Positions 33,675 through 47,266 of a DNA stretch of 64,000 bases are shown here, one piece after another. The first letter of the stretch is position 1, and each line of letters starts with the position of its first letter. Made by a program: the position numbers and the translations under genes. The notes beneath the pieces are model-generated. The model did no database searches, was not told the DNA's origin, and saw nothing but the letters and a program-made list of their open reading frames with translations. This DNA comes from Ramazzottius varieornatus (lineage: Eukaryota > Animalia > Tardigrada). The stretch is from contig BDGG01000001.1 in the NCBI GenBank assembly GCA_001949185.1, forward strand, positions 7,576,149 through 7,640,148, written 5' to 3'.

Positions 33675-36600
33675 ATGGCGGATCCGACAGCAATCTACGA
33701 GTCGGTCCTAGCGGAACAGGAAAAGTATAGTGAACTGACCAGGCAGATCGATGCGGAAAGAAGGACCGTGGCCAACCAACTGGAGAAGGTAAATAATACT
33801 GAACCTCAGTTCTTTCGTTTAAGATATTCTGATTTTGAAAAGTCTTCCGCAGCAATCCGTAGAAATTTGCAAAACATGCTAGTCTAGACTTTTGCACCGG
33901 AAATGAGCTTGCCTATCTCTATGATCAAAACCGGACAAAATATTCCCCGTTTGAGTCACGCACGTTTATTTTGTCTGCAGGTTCGGTTATCACGGGACAG
34001 TGGAATGTCAGGTTCTGGCTATCTGGATGAGAACACCAATCAACGGATCTGGAATGGCAACCAGACAATACCCGAAGACTATGAAAATGATGCTGCTCTC
34101 GATCCGGTGTAAGTCACGTTCGGGGCTTCCTGTCCCAAGGCTATTCACCAGACTTCACTTCCGCCTCATTTCCCATCTGATAAGTTAACCATATGCTCAT
34201 ATTCTTCTTTCCTCGTAGGCTTGTCAACCGCAAAGTCGACACTAAAGTCGACAAGAAAGTCTACCGTTCCGAGCGAATCCAAAGGTATCGTTTCTCGAAC
34301 CGTACTCGAACTTGCGCAGTCCGCGCTGTAATTTAATAGCGCGACTGCGCAAGCGAAACGGAGTAGTCTGAGTGTTCTGCAAGGTGGCGCACTCGTAGCG
34401 GTTTTTTTGCTGAGAAAGTGCGCGAACAAGCCGGGCGAGTGTCGGGACTTGAGCTACCTCGTTTGACTCGCGCGCTGGCTGGGTAGCAGTTTAACGATTG
34501 TGCGCGATTGAGGTGAAACGTGATCCGTTGGTGTGTGAAACGGTGCTTTGTTCACCTCGAGGTCTCGGCGAGGGGACCGTGACATTGATGCAGGTTTTTG
34601 ACGACCTTCAAGGTTATCAAACAGTGTGTCACTTGTAAAGCAACAAAAATTGTTTGCTCATCAAGTGGCTCAACTGTACTGTGCAGAGTTTATACGAGGG
34701 TAGATCGTATGGTAATAAAGCCTGCGGGAAACATGCTTTCGCTCAAGCCTTATTGCCGGCGTTTATCGCACCAACGTTTACGACAAACAAGGGTCACACG
34801 GTCGTTTTATTGAACCCTGGATCGTGAGGAAACTATCAGCCGTTCCGAAATTGCCACATACGCCAAATTCGAATAAAGAATTCGGTTCTGTGGGTCAAAG
34901 CTTCGAAAGACCACGTGTGAAAAATTGGTAATTTCATTAGGAAAGCTTGAACACTCAGTATGTCATAGCTGTCACATTAGTGGATGGTTTAGGTCCACTT
35001 TTCGAGCTTTCCTGACTGTTTAACGAGGTCTTTTTTCTCTTGTCCACAGGCGCGTAATTGGAGATCCTGGATACGGGTAAGTTGTTGATGGCTAGCTGAA
35101 GGATGTTTGATCAATGGCAATCCTGTGGTCAATTGATAACTGAGTTTGTTTGAATATTCCAAACTTCAAAGTGAAGTACTCTGACTGATCTCTTCTGTCC
35201 ACCGTTCACACGTGCAGTTCGCGTGTGGCCGATGGGTGTCATAGCCTTAACTTAATCGGGGAAGTTTGTCAAAACCGGTAAAATGTCGGCTTGTGCATAG
35301 CAGGCTGAAGCTGTGTAATGTGAAACGTTTTGTTCATCATGCGGGAGAAGTTAGAACGGAAATGATGGGGAGACTTGTCTGAAAGGCTTGAACTGATTTG
35401 TCTAAGCTTGCCGGCGTTTGTCAGGCTCGTGACAGCTGGGCTCTTCCCAAGAGATGCTTTGTAAACGACGTCGTGTTGTGCCTCGTGGTTGAAGTTGAAA
35501 CTGGTCCTCTTGTTGTTAATTTACTTTGTGGATGACTTGTACGGAATGTCAGCCACAAAGCTGGGAACGTTGTGACTTGTCGATCAGACTCAGATCTGAT
35601 GGCGCGTCTTCACTTTCACTTCCTTGTTCAGTCAAAATGTTTCTTAAAAATACCGCAGAAAATTGAACGAGGCAAAACTACACGACGAATTTCAGAAGTT
35701 AACCGACAACTATCAAAACTGGCAGATCGGGAAACAACCTCGCCAAGATCGTTTCTTCAAGCGGCGCGCGCTTCCAGCCAACGACATCGAAGACGTGCGC
35801 CACTTAGGGAGACAAACTCGGTCAGACTGATTTCTTCAGTCCCGCATGTCACCAGCCATGAGTACTGAGAAAGTGCGCCACTTGAGAGAACAATCCTGTC
35901 GAGTTTGTTTACCGAGTTCCGAATTCTTGGTTGAACCGAGAACAGCGTTTTGTTTTGGAGAGTCCCTGTACTTCAATTTTCTCAGTTTCGTGCTGAAAAC
36001 TATATAGTACGAATTCGTTGCCGAGAAAACAAATTGTGAATAATGAGCGTCTCTGGAATTTTGTAGTGCGGATGGGTCCTTCTACCAGCAGCAGCCACAA
36101 GCGGAAGTGCCAATCCACGAGTCCCGTTACACCACCACTCAGAGCAGCAGCCAGCCCGATGCCGACCATCAGGAGAATGACTCGTTAGGCTCCGATCCTA
36201 ACCTCGTTAGTCGCAATACGTCCAGCACCACCACGCAGGAGGTACGTCTGTTATTTCCTCTCATTAAGCAAATTACACCGGCCATGCTGCGCCACAACAG
36301 CTTCACGCCGTCCACTAACACGCCGCATCGGGGGCATGCCGATCTCACAAGAGACTCCGCTGTCCCAACAAATCATCCACATGAAACCACACAAATGCCG
36401 TCATGAGATGAATAAATAATCGATCGTTTATGCGGCAGTTACGATGAGCTAGCACACCAGGAAGAACCCCCAGAAATGTCAGCGCTAACATCAACCGGAA
36501 ACATTTTTGAGAATTCGTCCCAGACTCCGAAACAGAAGCTCAGCAAACAAACTGGACAAGATGCTCTTTCAGTGACGCACTCTTTCAGCCAGTATTACTG

Positions 36601-39600
36601 CAAAGATGCGCCACTTCAGAAAATACAATTTTTTTTGAGTTTTCCAAGTAGCGCACATGTTTGGTCTTGTTGACAGAAAGCGTGCGCCACTTGGAAGAAC
36701 GTTCTTGGGAAGTCTGTTTGTGGAGCTGCTAAATATTTTCCGAGTTTTTTCCTGGCATCTCATCGTGATTTTCCGAATACTTCTTATCTGTGGGCTCAAT
36801 ATTTTTTGACATGACGGACGTAGTTCTGTCATAGTGACAGTGGTGGGTTTTGATTATCTGAGCGTGATGGATGAGGAAGTTTATGTCGTTTGTGCTTACA
36901 GGTGACAACAGTGACCAAAGTGTACCGCACTTACGAGCGAGTGCCCAACGAGAGCTTATCCAGCGCCAGCAATCGCGACTACGATTATCCCGACGAGTAT
37001 ATCGGGGAATACGAGGGAGTTGCCTCGTCGTTGTACGCTAAGCCCTACCGGAAATATGGGTCACCCAAGCGATTTGATTATGTCAATGGCTATGGGACTC
37101 ATACTAACACCGGTCTCGGCCTGGGCTTGGGCGATGTCTACGATGGCCCAGAGGATTTGTATGCCAATGGCCTCTCCCGATTCTCAGCCTCCCCTTCTGC
37201 TCATCCCCATCATCATCCTGCCAAAGGACACAGGAAAGCACCTGCTCATCCACTCCTCGCTGAATATGACGGTAAATAACTCGACATACTTCACTCCCGG
37301 TAAATAAGGCAAATAATGGGGCGGAATTACGGAGCTTGAAGTCACTTCAGAAAACTGATTCTGATCGACACTATCAAGAGCCTAACCGGGGCCCATAGTA
37401 AGTTACCAATACAACTGTGGAGAACAGTGGAGAACACGTACTATGGTATATTAATAGTACTGTAGAATAAGTGCGAAATTCAGGCAATTGCTCCGGTTCA
37501 CCAGAGCACCTGCACTTACCAGTTCACAACACTTACCTGGTATGTGGGCGCACTCCGAAAAACTGACCTACCAAAACTAGCCAATAAGCAACGAAAAGAA
37601 GATGGATCCGTGCGTTTCTAAAGTTTAACCCAGCGAACTCGAAATCAGATACAGTGTGTTACGTGTAACTCGAGACATCGTTGGGAGGATAGCGTCAGAG
37701 TTATAAATATAACTTCTCGTGGTTATTTTATGTGAGCTTTTCAGGAATGGATTTGCTTGAGTTTGAATGATGGTATTCTTTGTGAAGATTTAATTTGGTC
37801 GGGGCGTGGATGTGCTGTTTTCGATAGACGCTGAACATCATTCTGAGGTTTTAAGTCGACAATGCGGATGTTGACGATTTATGGGCATATTTAACGAGGT
37901 TCGAATGCGAGAAGCCTCTTCAGTCTTCTTCGGCATGACATTCGCCGGGCGTTGCGGTACGCCGCGGCAAACGATGATAACTGGCGGCTGAACGCACGCC
38001 GATCCTGACTCGAGTTAGCATCAGATTAGACAGCAGTCAATCTGCCAATATCCGCCGGAAATCAACTTTGAAGCTCGAGACACAAACGACTGAATCGAAG
38101 ACAAATGGGAAGGTCAGCGCTGTCAAGTACAGCTCTAATCTCTTTCCTATTGCATATCGATGATACAATAGAGTAGACCGAAGAACTTCAGGAGGGCTTT
38201 AAATCATATTTCTCTGTAAAGTGAGAAGTGGTGCAAGATGCGCGGCGCTGAACCGAAGATCGATGGGTTTATTACTCTAGTGCTACCAAATTATCGTGTA
38301 CTCAACCACGTGATCAGTAAATGATGCCCGGGTGAGAGTCACAGAGACGACACTGAATCATCTGATCGCACTGGGTAACAATGAATCATCACGTGGTTGA
38401 GTGCGCGATAATTTGGTAGCACTACAGTATATGGCTGTATAGTGTGTAATCTCCGAGTTTGTAACCCGCAGAGAAAAGTCGCTGATTTGACTTGTATCGG
38501 CAATGCGGAGCCTTTTACAACGCTTTGTAATCAATTTCCAACGCATTATGCTACACAGCCAAGAAAACCGAGTTGAGGTCTTCGAGAAGAAAGTCAAGTC
38601 AATACCCTGATCGATAAGTTCCGCAATACACTCGCGACACAAAAAAACAACAGCGAGTGCTTTAGTGTCCCGGCTTCTTGTTCTTGGTACCCGCATGACA
38701 TCTGAGACGGTAACTGCTTGTCGAAAAAAGGATCGCACCACAGAATGGCTATTCTCGCATGCTCCAGAAAGCTGCAACGCTGAGCAAGCTGACCTTTAGA
38801 CAGTGGACGGGTGCAGAAATCGCCATAGGACCAACAATACCTAGCTGGACTGGCGACCAAAGCTGTGTCGGTTTGGGCTGATGAACACTGACAACTGCCA
38901 TCAACGAGCCCTTTTTAGGGTGGGGCACGTGGGCAAAGTTAGTTTGAACGAGATGCGCCGGCATGGCCGCCCTGTTCGAGAATTCGGACTGTCGTTGGGC
39001 GAGACGGTGCGTCACCTCGCATCGAACGTGGTCGACAATGGAGTGATGTTAGGGTTTTCTGACAGGTAGAAAACAACGTAATTAATCGTGTCGCTTACAT
39101 GATTGTTGGGTCTCTCGCTTACTCGTTGGGCCCAACACTCTGAACGGCCACTTGACCTTGGCTCATCGCGCAGCGCATTGTGGCGTTTATACGACCCGCT
39201 TGCGGCTTTTCTTTCCACTTGAACACTATACTCGACATGTCAAGACTGGAGCCAGCCTCGCGCATTGCTCTGAAACTTGTCAAAGAGGCTACGCTGCACT
39301 AATCATGACAGAATTTCACAACTTTTTCGAGACAAACTCGGCAATTTTATTCTTTTTCCTAAGTGGCGCACATTGTCAGTGTTATCGGTTGGAAGCGTGC
39401 GCCGCCTGGGTTAGTGTTAACGGTCTTGGGTTTCCAGCAAAAATGTACGATTGGACCAGTGACGCAGGCAGCACCGAAAATATTGCCACGCGTACGGAAA
39501 ATATTCCATAATAAAAGAGGTAGCGAGAGAAAAGTACAAGTTATGGACGATAAGTTACGTTGATGGTTATGATTACAATGGCAATTTGTTTGTCACATCT

Positions 39601-42600
39601 GGCGTGTTGGAAATTATCATGTACCATCTCCATTGTCCTCCTCACATGCAAATGTGCGACCATCAAACATGTAACATTGGTCACGTACACATCACAATCT
39701 AGACTAGGAAAACATTATAGCGCCCCGACAAAAACAGAAACCTCCGACGGTTATTGTTGGAGTAGTGTAGCGTCTTGAAAAGCATGTTGATCTAGTCTTT
39801 TTTTTCTGCTCCTTGTAGCTGGTTACATGGAAGGCGATTATTCGCGGGGGTCGCCCAGCCTGACAGCCACGGCCACCGTGCCGGAGAGTACGGCCATGAC
39901 CGTTGTGCCTGCCGCCCAGTACCGCGATCCCGAGTTGGCCGAGGTGGTGGAATTCCTGCGGAGTTCCCAGAACGTCATCAGAGCCAATGCGGCGGCCCAT
40001 TTGGCGCATCTGGCCTACATGAATGACCAAGTGAAGAACCTGACCAGACAGCTCAATGGCATCCCTCCACTGGTTGATATGCTGCAAACGAGCATACCGG
40101 AAATACAGAGAAATGCCTGCAGTGCTTTGAGGAATTTGTCTTTCGGTCGCGGAAACGACGAGAATAAGGTGGGCACAAACTTTTTACAGAAAATAATATT
40201 CATCGTTTTGGTTCGTATTTGTTGTCAGAAATTTTCTTGAGTGACCCATAACTTCGTGCGAAGGAGAAATCGGCTTACCCATGGGACAGTGACAATGAAC
40301 TAGAACGCCGGTTTTCTATGGTTTTCTTGTTTTGGTACGGCGCTCGATATGGATATACTTCCAAAATTTCAAATCAAATTCGTTTGAGGAAATTTTCACG
40401 CACTTTCAGTGGAAACTGCTTGAAACACATGGTTTTATTTTGATGCTTCAGAGAGCCATCAGGAGCGCTGGTGGTTTGATGGCGCTCATAAAGTTGCTGA
40501 AGCAATCGCAGGAGAGTGATATTGTCGAGCTGGTGACAGCTATCCTGTGGATTCTGTCCAGTTGTGATGACTTGAAGAAGCCCATCTTGGACGAAGCATG
40601 TCCAATCCTCGTCAAACAAATCATCTTGCCCCAGTCCCGACAGGCCTCTCAGAGCAACGGACGCGTCGTTCATTACAATTCCACCGTCTTCCGGAACGCC
40701 ACTGGCGTACTACGGTACATATATGATTTTCCCAAGTGGCGCACCCTCTCACCCTATGATACCGATAACGTGCGCCACTTGGAAAAGCAATCTTGTCGAA
40801 CTCAGTTGGTTTTTTTCTCGAGTGGCCCATTCTTTAAGTATTATTGGCTACAAGTGTGCGCCACTTGAGGTAACTGTCTTGCCTTGTCTGTCGCGCTCCC
40901 AGTTTTTGGGTGAGATTGTGCTCAGTTTTGGTGCCGTGTCGTAGGAATATCAGCTCTGCCGGATTTTACGCACGGAAGAACCTGCGGGAAAGTGAAGACC
41001 TGATTGACGGTTTGCTGCACTTGCTCAAGTCAGCCGTCAACAGCCAAGATATCGACAACAAGAGCATCGAGAATGTGGTATGCGTGCTGAGAAACCTCTC
41101 GTATCGCTGCCAAGAAGTGGAAGATCCTGATTATGACAAGAAGAAGCCGCCAACGCGCAAAAAGAACGACAAAGGTGGTTATTGAAGCTTGTTGCGCTTC
41201 TTGATGACACAGTGTCAAGTTGTCAAGCAGTAATAAACACCCACACTTGATTTTTAGGGAGTGTCAGCGCACCCGGAAGTTTGAGCGGGTACGTCCATTC
41301 TTCTCCCGCAAACCATCTGTGTTACTTTCGGCGATGGTTCGACCTCGATCTTTCTTTACAGAACTCCCAACAAGAACACAACCTACGCACACCTCAAAGG
41401 CGTGGAATCGTTATGGCATATCGACAATGTGAAATGCTATCTCGGTGTTCTATCCAACTGTGCGAATCCCGACGGTGAGTGAAGACTGTATGGAATGTAG
41501 GTAAACAAACCCAGCACGATCGTGTTCTCAAGTGGCGCACGCTGTGGCCAATAACACCGAGAAAGTGCGTTACTTGGGAAAACAGTGCTGCTGGGTGTTC
41601 TTGCCCGGGTCGCGTATGGGGAAGTGTTACAGTGGAAACCGCAGTATGATGTTCGTTTTTGGCTCTTTTGCAGCATTGGAAGCAGCCGCGGGAATCCTAC
41701 AGAATCTATCAGCATGCTACTGGCAGGTTAGTTCACGTTTAACGATGCGTTGAAACGCTCAAACTAGGCCACACATCAAGCTGTAATAATTATCCATCAT
41801 TATGTTTTTCCAGCCCGCCATCGACATCCGAGCTGCTGTCCGGAAGGAGAAGGGTCTGCCTATCCTGGTGGAGCTCCTCCGAATGGAAGATGACAAAGTG
41901 GTGTGCAGTGTGGCGCGAGCCCTGCGGAACTTGGCTGTGGACCAGAGGAACCGAGAACTGATTGGTAGGCATTTGCCCAAAGATGGCATGTTGGCTTTTT
42001 TTATTAGAGCCGTTTAGTGTCCGACTGTGTCGTCATATTACCCTGTGATATAATAGGAAAGTATGCCATGCGTGACCTGACTGCAAAGATCCCCAGCGGC
42101 TCGCCGGAAAATCACGAGCTGGTGGCCAGCTCCGATGAGACTATGGCTGCTGTGCTGGCTACCATCAACGAAGTCGTCAGAAGGCACCAAGAATTCGCCA
42201 GGTTCGTTTGAAAACTCCAAAATACTCACGGAAGTAAAGGTGAAAAATTAACGAAAACATTTGGAAATCGTGAGACGGTCAAAATACGTACGAGGTCGTT
42301 ATCTTTTGTCGCGCACGCTTCTAGCTATTAACAATCGAAACGTGCGCCACTTGGAATAACAGTCCTGCAAGTTTCGTTTCTTGATCTCCAAATTATTCGG
42401 TCGAAATGTAGGCACATTCATTACTGAGAAGGCGTAAGCTGTGTTGCAGTTTTTGGCTATTAATTTTATCTATAGTATTTTCAGTCTCTCCAGTTTGGTT
42501 CAAAACTGACCCATTTTGACACGTCAAAGACACATTAAAAATAGCAGCCTTTGATTTAAGCCAGTTTTGCGGGTCATAAGTCGCCGACACATTACTTGCA

Positions 42601-43598
42601 ACACCCGTATCGTACTTCGTTAGAAAATGATTGATGTATCAATTAACGTCTGCATATTTTTTGCTGGCCCTTTCCAGGTCGTTCCTCGATGTTTCCGGAG
42701 TGGAACGGCTAGTGCACATTACCACCAACTACAATCAATACTCGAGCAAAGTTGTGCGTTTCGCCTTTCTGGTAAGTATGCAAATACAAAAGGCGTTCTT
42801 GCGTGTTCAAAACATGGCCTGCACCATCGAGATTGCCATTTAATCGACGAGGCCCGCTCTTGATGTGTTAGGTTCTACGATTCAAAGCATGTTGTATTGA
42901 TTTGACCCCTTTTCCTTTCCGTTGCTTGCAGGTCCTACAAACTCTTTGGGCTCACCATGGCTTACACGATGTGTACAAAGCAGCCGGATGGAAATCCGAG
43001 CACTTCCTTTCGAAACCTCCCAACATGACTGTAAAGACATTAGGGGGATCAGATACGCTTGGGAGAACCTTTAGCTCGCAAGGACCAACCAAGTTTGAAG
43101 ATAAGACGCTACCGAGAGGCGCTCTTCCGCCTGGACCTGTCGATGTATGTGGTGCCACCTTCGACACTTGGACGCCTAACCATTGTCTTCCCAAGTGGTG
43201 CATACTTTCAGCCTATAACACTGACAACGTGCGCCACCTGGAACGGAAACTCGACAAGATAGATCTCCCAAGTGGCGCACGCTTCCAGTGTTATTGGCTG
43301 GTAGCGTGCGCCATCTGGGGAAACAATCTCTCGAGTCTGTTTGACGAGTTCTTACCTAAGCCTACCCACCTATTGCCGGAAATGACTTTTATTGCTTCTA
43401 CAGGACCACGGAATACCGATGAACGTTCTCAACACTGTAAGCACCGAGAATGGTACGAGGGGTACAGAGCCGGTCTACGCGCAAGTGAACAGAGCGGAAA
43501 AAGCAAGGCATCGGCAAAGTCAGCGAGAGAATGGCCACGGGACCTCGTCCGCCAACTCGAACCTTGAAGATGACATGGGCGGTGATTCTTGGGTTTAA
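33675..43598 (+). CDS. CTNND2: delta-catenin/p120-family armadillo protein (~15 exons)
   Basis: N-terminal coiled coil [31 protein letters not shown]; ARM repeats ([60 protein letters not shown]); C-terminal DSWV PDZ-binding motif. Confidence 0.9.
35724..35920. repeat. Intronic GGCGCAC palindrome family, dimer (catenin intron)
   Basis: Two GTGCGCCACTT cores; arm GTCGAGTTTGTTTACCGAGTTC. Confidence 0.8.
36535..36728. repeat. Intronic GGCGCAC palindrome family, dimer (catenin intron)
   Basis: Two core pairs inside AGCTCAGCAAAC...GTTTGTGGAGCT. Confidence 0.8.
38278..38424. mobile_element. Small fold-back MITE in the delta-catenin intron
   Basis: TAGTGCTACCAAATTATCG...CTCAACCACGTGAT / ATCACGTGGTTGAG...CGATAATTTGGTAGCACTA. 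Confidence 0.75.
39328..39412. repeat. Intronic GGCGCAC palindrome family copy
   Basis: AAGTGGCGCAC-N25-GTGCGCCGCC. Confidence 0.75.
40724..40895. repeat. Intronic GGCGCAC palindrome family, dimer
   Basis: AAGTGGCGCAC-N25-GTGCGCCACTT plus a second unit. Confidence 0.8.
41498..41612. repeat. Intronic GGCGCAC palindrome family copy
   Basis: AAGTGGCGCAC-N24-GTGCGTTACTT; CCCAGCA/TGCTGGG arms. Confidence 0.8.
42270..42390. repeat. Intronic GGCGCAC palindrome family copy
   Basis: GTCGCGCAC...GTGCGCCACTT. Confidence 0.7.
43180..43352. repeat. Intronic GGCGCAC palindrome family, dimer
   Basis: Two core pairs, 25-nt spacer in the second. Confidence 0.8.
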
Positions 43599-44690
43599 CT
43601 GTTTTCTTTTGAGTTTTACGTTTTAGCTGTCTTCCAGATTTTTTAGCTGTAAATTAAGTTTCTTGTTTGACAATATTCTTTGGACATGAGGAGACTTGTC
43701 GTTGTTTTCGCAAGCCTGTTGCAGTTTTATCTGTTGACCAAGATCTCTGATTTAGTCTACCCAAATGCACAGTTTTAAAGTTTCAAATAACACAATGAAG
43801 TTTTCGCGTCCTCTTCAGATGGTCGTGATGAGAACAGACTTGTTCGAGATCGGTGCGGGATGTCGCAGCTCAGATTCCAATCGTTCAGGACCTGGACTTC
43901 CGGCTGTGAATGGCACAGTTCAGTTTTTGCCCGCTTTTCTGCTGTGTGGAACTTTCTTTGATTTACTAGAACCCCTTTCGGGGAGCCCTCGAAACATCAG
44001 GCTTTTCTGCAGTCGACACTTCGCGTCTTTGTACGCTGACAAAGACGCAGACTGGATAAAGGAACACACTGGAAAACGAATACGCCGAAAAAAATGTTTT
44101 CATTACCGTTACCGTAATGAAGAAGAACTCCTGTGCAGTCACTGGGCACTGGTTGTCTGTATAGCAGCCAACCAGTCCGAATAGCGAGTGACCACTGACC
44201 AGGACAAGATACATATATTGTACGTCTGATGTTTCAATATGTTCCGGAGCCTTGAAGTTGGTGAATGTTTCGGAAGGAAACGGTCTTGGCTTCACCTCAG
44301 CAGGCTCGCCGCAAGTGTGAACTTAGTTCTCTGAGAACTGATGCGGTAATGAAGTCAGAACGTCCACAGATGCAGGAGCGGCAGATTTTTTAGCTTTTGA
44401 ATTTACAAGGAATTCGGCTTGAAAATCACAGAGGATGGCTGACCGAGACCCAGAAATGACCACTGGCCGAACCACTGCGTGTTTTCGTCATTAGCAAGTA
44501 AGGTTTGCTGACTTCCGGTCCCATATTAGCAACAGTGCGATGTCGCACTAGTTGCACAGCGTAAACCGGTGCTTGATTCATTTATGCTTGATTTTTGAAT
44601 TTGATTGGACCTTCCCTCGGTTCATCATGTAATCTTTACTCCACTTTATTGGTTAAACATATTTCCTCGTTAGGTAGATTAACAGCAGTC

Positions 44691-45519
44691 ATGGATGATC
44701 CGGGAGAACCCACAACATCTGGCTTGTCCGTTCGGCAACGAAAGAATGCTCCCCTGGAAATATCTTCGAAGAAACCTCCTGCCTTTGCGCCGGCGCTGCC
44801 GATCGGGGTCAAGCGACGACGGTACAGAGATCCTCGTTTCGATGAGAAGTGTGGAACCATCTCAAAAGCAGCAGAGAGGGATTACAAGTTCGTGGGTGAT
44901 ATCCGTCAAAGAGAACTGGACTCGATCAGGAAAGAGTATAAGAAGGAGCAGGACCCGGATCGGAAAGCACGAATGAACGATCTTCTAACGCGATTGGTAA
45001 CTAAGAGCTCGAGAAACAGATTCGACAAGATTGTTGTCCCAAGTGGCGTGCTTTTCCGGCCAATAACGGTGAAAACGTGCGCCACTGGAGAAAACCGATC
45101 GGATCGAGTTTGTTTGCCCAACTCTCAACTTGTTTTACTGTTCGGTAAAAAGGCTCATGACGAATAATTCTGACATTTTATACCTTTAGGAAAATCAAGA
45201 GAGATCTAGAACTCAGAAGAAAAAGAAAGAAGAAAAGCAAGCAGAACGCAATGTCCTGCAGAAGGAACATGTCGCGAAGGGGAAGAAACCGTTTTATTTG
45301 AAGAAATGTGAGTCATGATTGGTGGCTTGTATCCGTCTTCCTTTCCGAATTTGAAATTAATTCCGTCGACTTACTTTTCGCTTCATTTCAGCGGACCGAA
45401 GCATTCTGGAAATGGTGTCAAAATTTCAAGAACTGAAGAAGACTGGGAAGCTTCAGCAGTACGTGGAAAAGAGGCGGAAAAGAAACGCCCGAGCGGATGC
45501 AAGAAACCTTCCAGAATAA
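44691..45519 (+). CDS. RRP36: Ribosomal RNA processing protein 36 (3 exons; start may lie further upstream)
   Basis: KNAPLEISSKKP, RDPRFDEKCG, GKKPFYLKK, KFQELKKTGKLQQYVEKRRKRNA. Confidence 0.88.
45005..45126. repeat. Intronic GGCGCAC palindrome family copy (RRP36 intron)
   Basis: GAGCTCG...AAGTGGCGTGC...GTGCGCCACT...GTTTGCCCAACTC. Confidence 0.8.
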
Positions 45520-45791
45520 TTTTCAGTGAAATTATTACTCGGCATTCGATTCCGGCTTCCTCTCTAAGCTTCCTTGAGCGCTCTTTTTATGGTCTGGTGC
45601 GGTATTCTTTTAGAGCGTTGGAAAACTGTCAGAAGTCATGTTGAAAACGTTTCCCCGCCATCATGTACAAATTTAGTCCGTTCCTTCGGGACGTCAGAAA
45701 GGCAGACGAGATATTAACTCCGGGGTAAAAATAAAACAAACGTCAGAAACAAAACCAAATCACACTTTCAGAAACATCCAACAGGCAAAAT

Positions 45792-46663
45792 CTAGACTGC
45801 TACTGTCCGAAGCATTTTAGCTTGTTTCTTTTCTTCCAGTTCTCTTATTTGCTGAGCGACGACCAACTTCCGATCTTCGAGAAACCGTCCATACGTTTCC
45901 GGGTCCAGTTCCCTAACGACTTCCACCCCTATCGTCCGGCACTGTTCTATTACCATCTGGCAAATGTACTGTAGGTCTATGTTCTCTTGCGGAGGATCCT
46001 CTGCTTTTATTTTGGCAATTTCATAAACGTGCTTGAAGGTGATTCGTCCTGCTATTTCTCCGGATTCTGCAACAACAACGAATACGTAACAGTATCGGAT
46101 GTTCACTGAACCCTAATCTCCTGTCAAAATCCTTCCCGTTTCTGCTTACTTGAATCCATTGCTCCGCGATTTATTCCCGCCGCTGCTTTTATGAAGTACG
46201 ACTGTGTTGGCCTGTGAATGATCAACTCGTATGTTCTGTCCGGCTGTAAAAAGAACACTCTATCAACTTCCGGTTCGAAGACTCGAGAAGTTACAAAGCT
46301 AAACATTCTGAATGCCGCTTTCTTTCGTCCCATGACTCACGTTTATTCTAACGCGCGTCGGAAGAGGAAGCCCCTCTTTGATATGCTTGGTCTTCTCGTT
46401 GAAATCTTTGCAAAACTGGGCAATGTTCAGACCGCGCTGGAGAGCACAAAGAAAACAGGGATGATAATTAGGTACCGACTGTTATTTCGCCTTGCGATTC
46501 AAAGCACAGATGCGCGATCGACGGGGCTTACCTGTCCAAGCATAGGTCCGAGTGGTGGTCCAGCAGCGGCCATTCCCGCAGGAATGTTCGTTCTCATCAG
46601 CGGGTTATGGACGACTTTTTGAACCAGCTTCTTGTATCCCTTCGCCTTCTTCACCGCCGACAT
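45792..46663 (-). CDS. MRPL11: Mitochondrial ribosomal protein L11 (4 exons)
   Basis: [21 protein letters not shown]|[16 protein letters not shown]...PDRTYEL...[10 protein letters not shown]...KKQAKMLRT. Confidence 0.95.
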
Positions 46664-47266
46664 GGTTGTGTGGTAGATGGACGACGCGAAGCCGAACCAG
46701 AGCCCGAAGGTTTATCCCTACTTTTCGCGGAAGGACTAGTCAGCTACCAAGCGTGGAAGAGTCCCATCTAAGAAAAAAAGTATGCACATTAGGGAATCGG
46801 ACATCGAGATCCGGAATTCGATGGATGCACTCCCGGTACGTCTCTTTCAACACCGAGCTTGCGTAAAATGAAAAGACAACATAACCTTCGAATGATTCCC
46901 GCCGGGGCTTTGATTGGCTGAAAATCATATTGTTCGTATCCCACTGTTGAGTTACATTGATTTTTATTCCTTTTTTTCTCGTTCTACCCTTGATGTTCAA
47001 ACTTGTCCCTACATTCATCTCGTCTTATCCGCTGAAAATCTGTGCTGGTGGATGCTGCAGGAGGTGCAGGAACTCGTGATCCGTCGCTCGTAGAGAAAAG
47101 GTAAACGCGCAGGCTGTTTACTTGTGGAAGGCGAACATGCCAACGCGAACGCACCTGTTCGGCTGTTCCCACCTGGAACTGATTGTCTGATTCTTCCATG
47201 ATTGCAGGATTGAGTTCGAAGATCCAGGAAAAGCTTTCCAGAAATTGCAGGCGGAAGTTCGGAACA

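Noticed and set aside
37890-37915. GGTTCGAAT T-loop-like motif (tRNA?)
   Set aside because: No acceptor, D or anticodon stems around it; no tRNA found in the window
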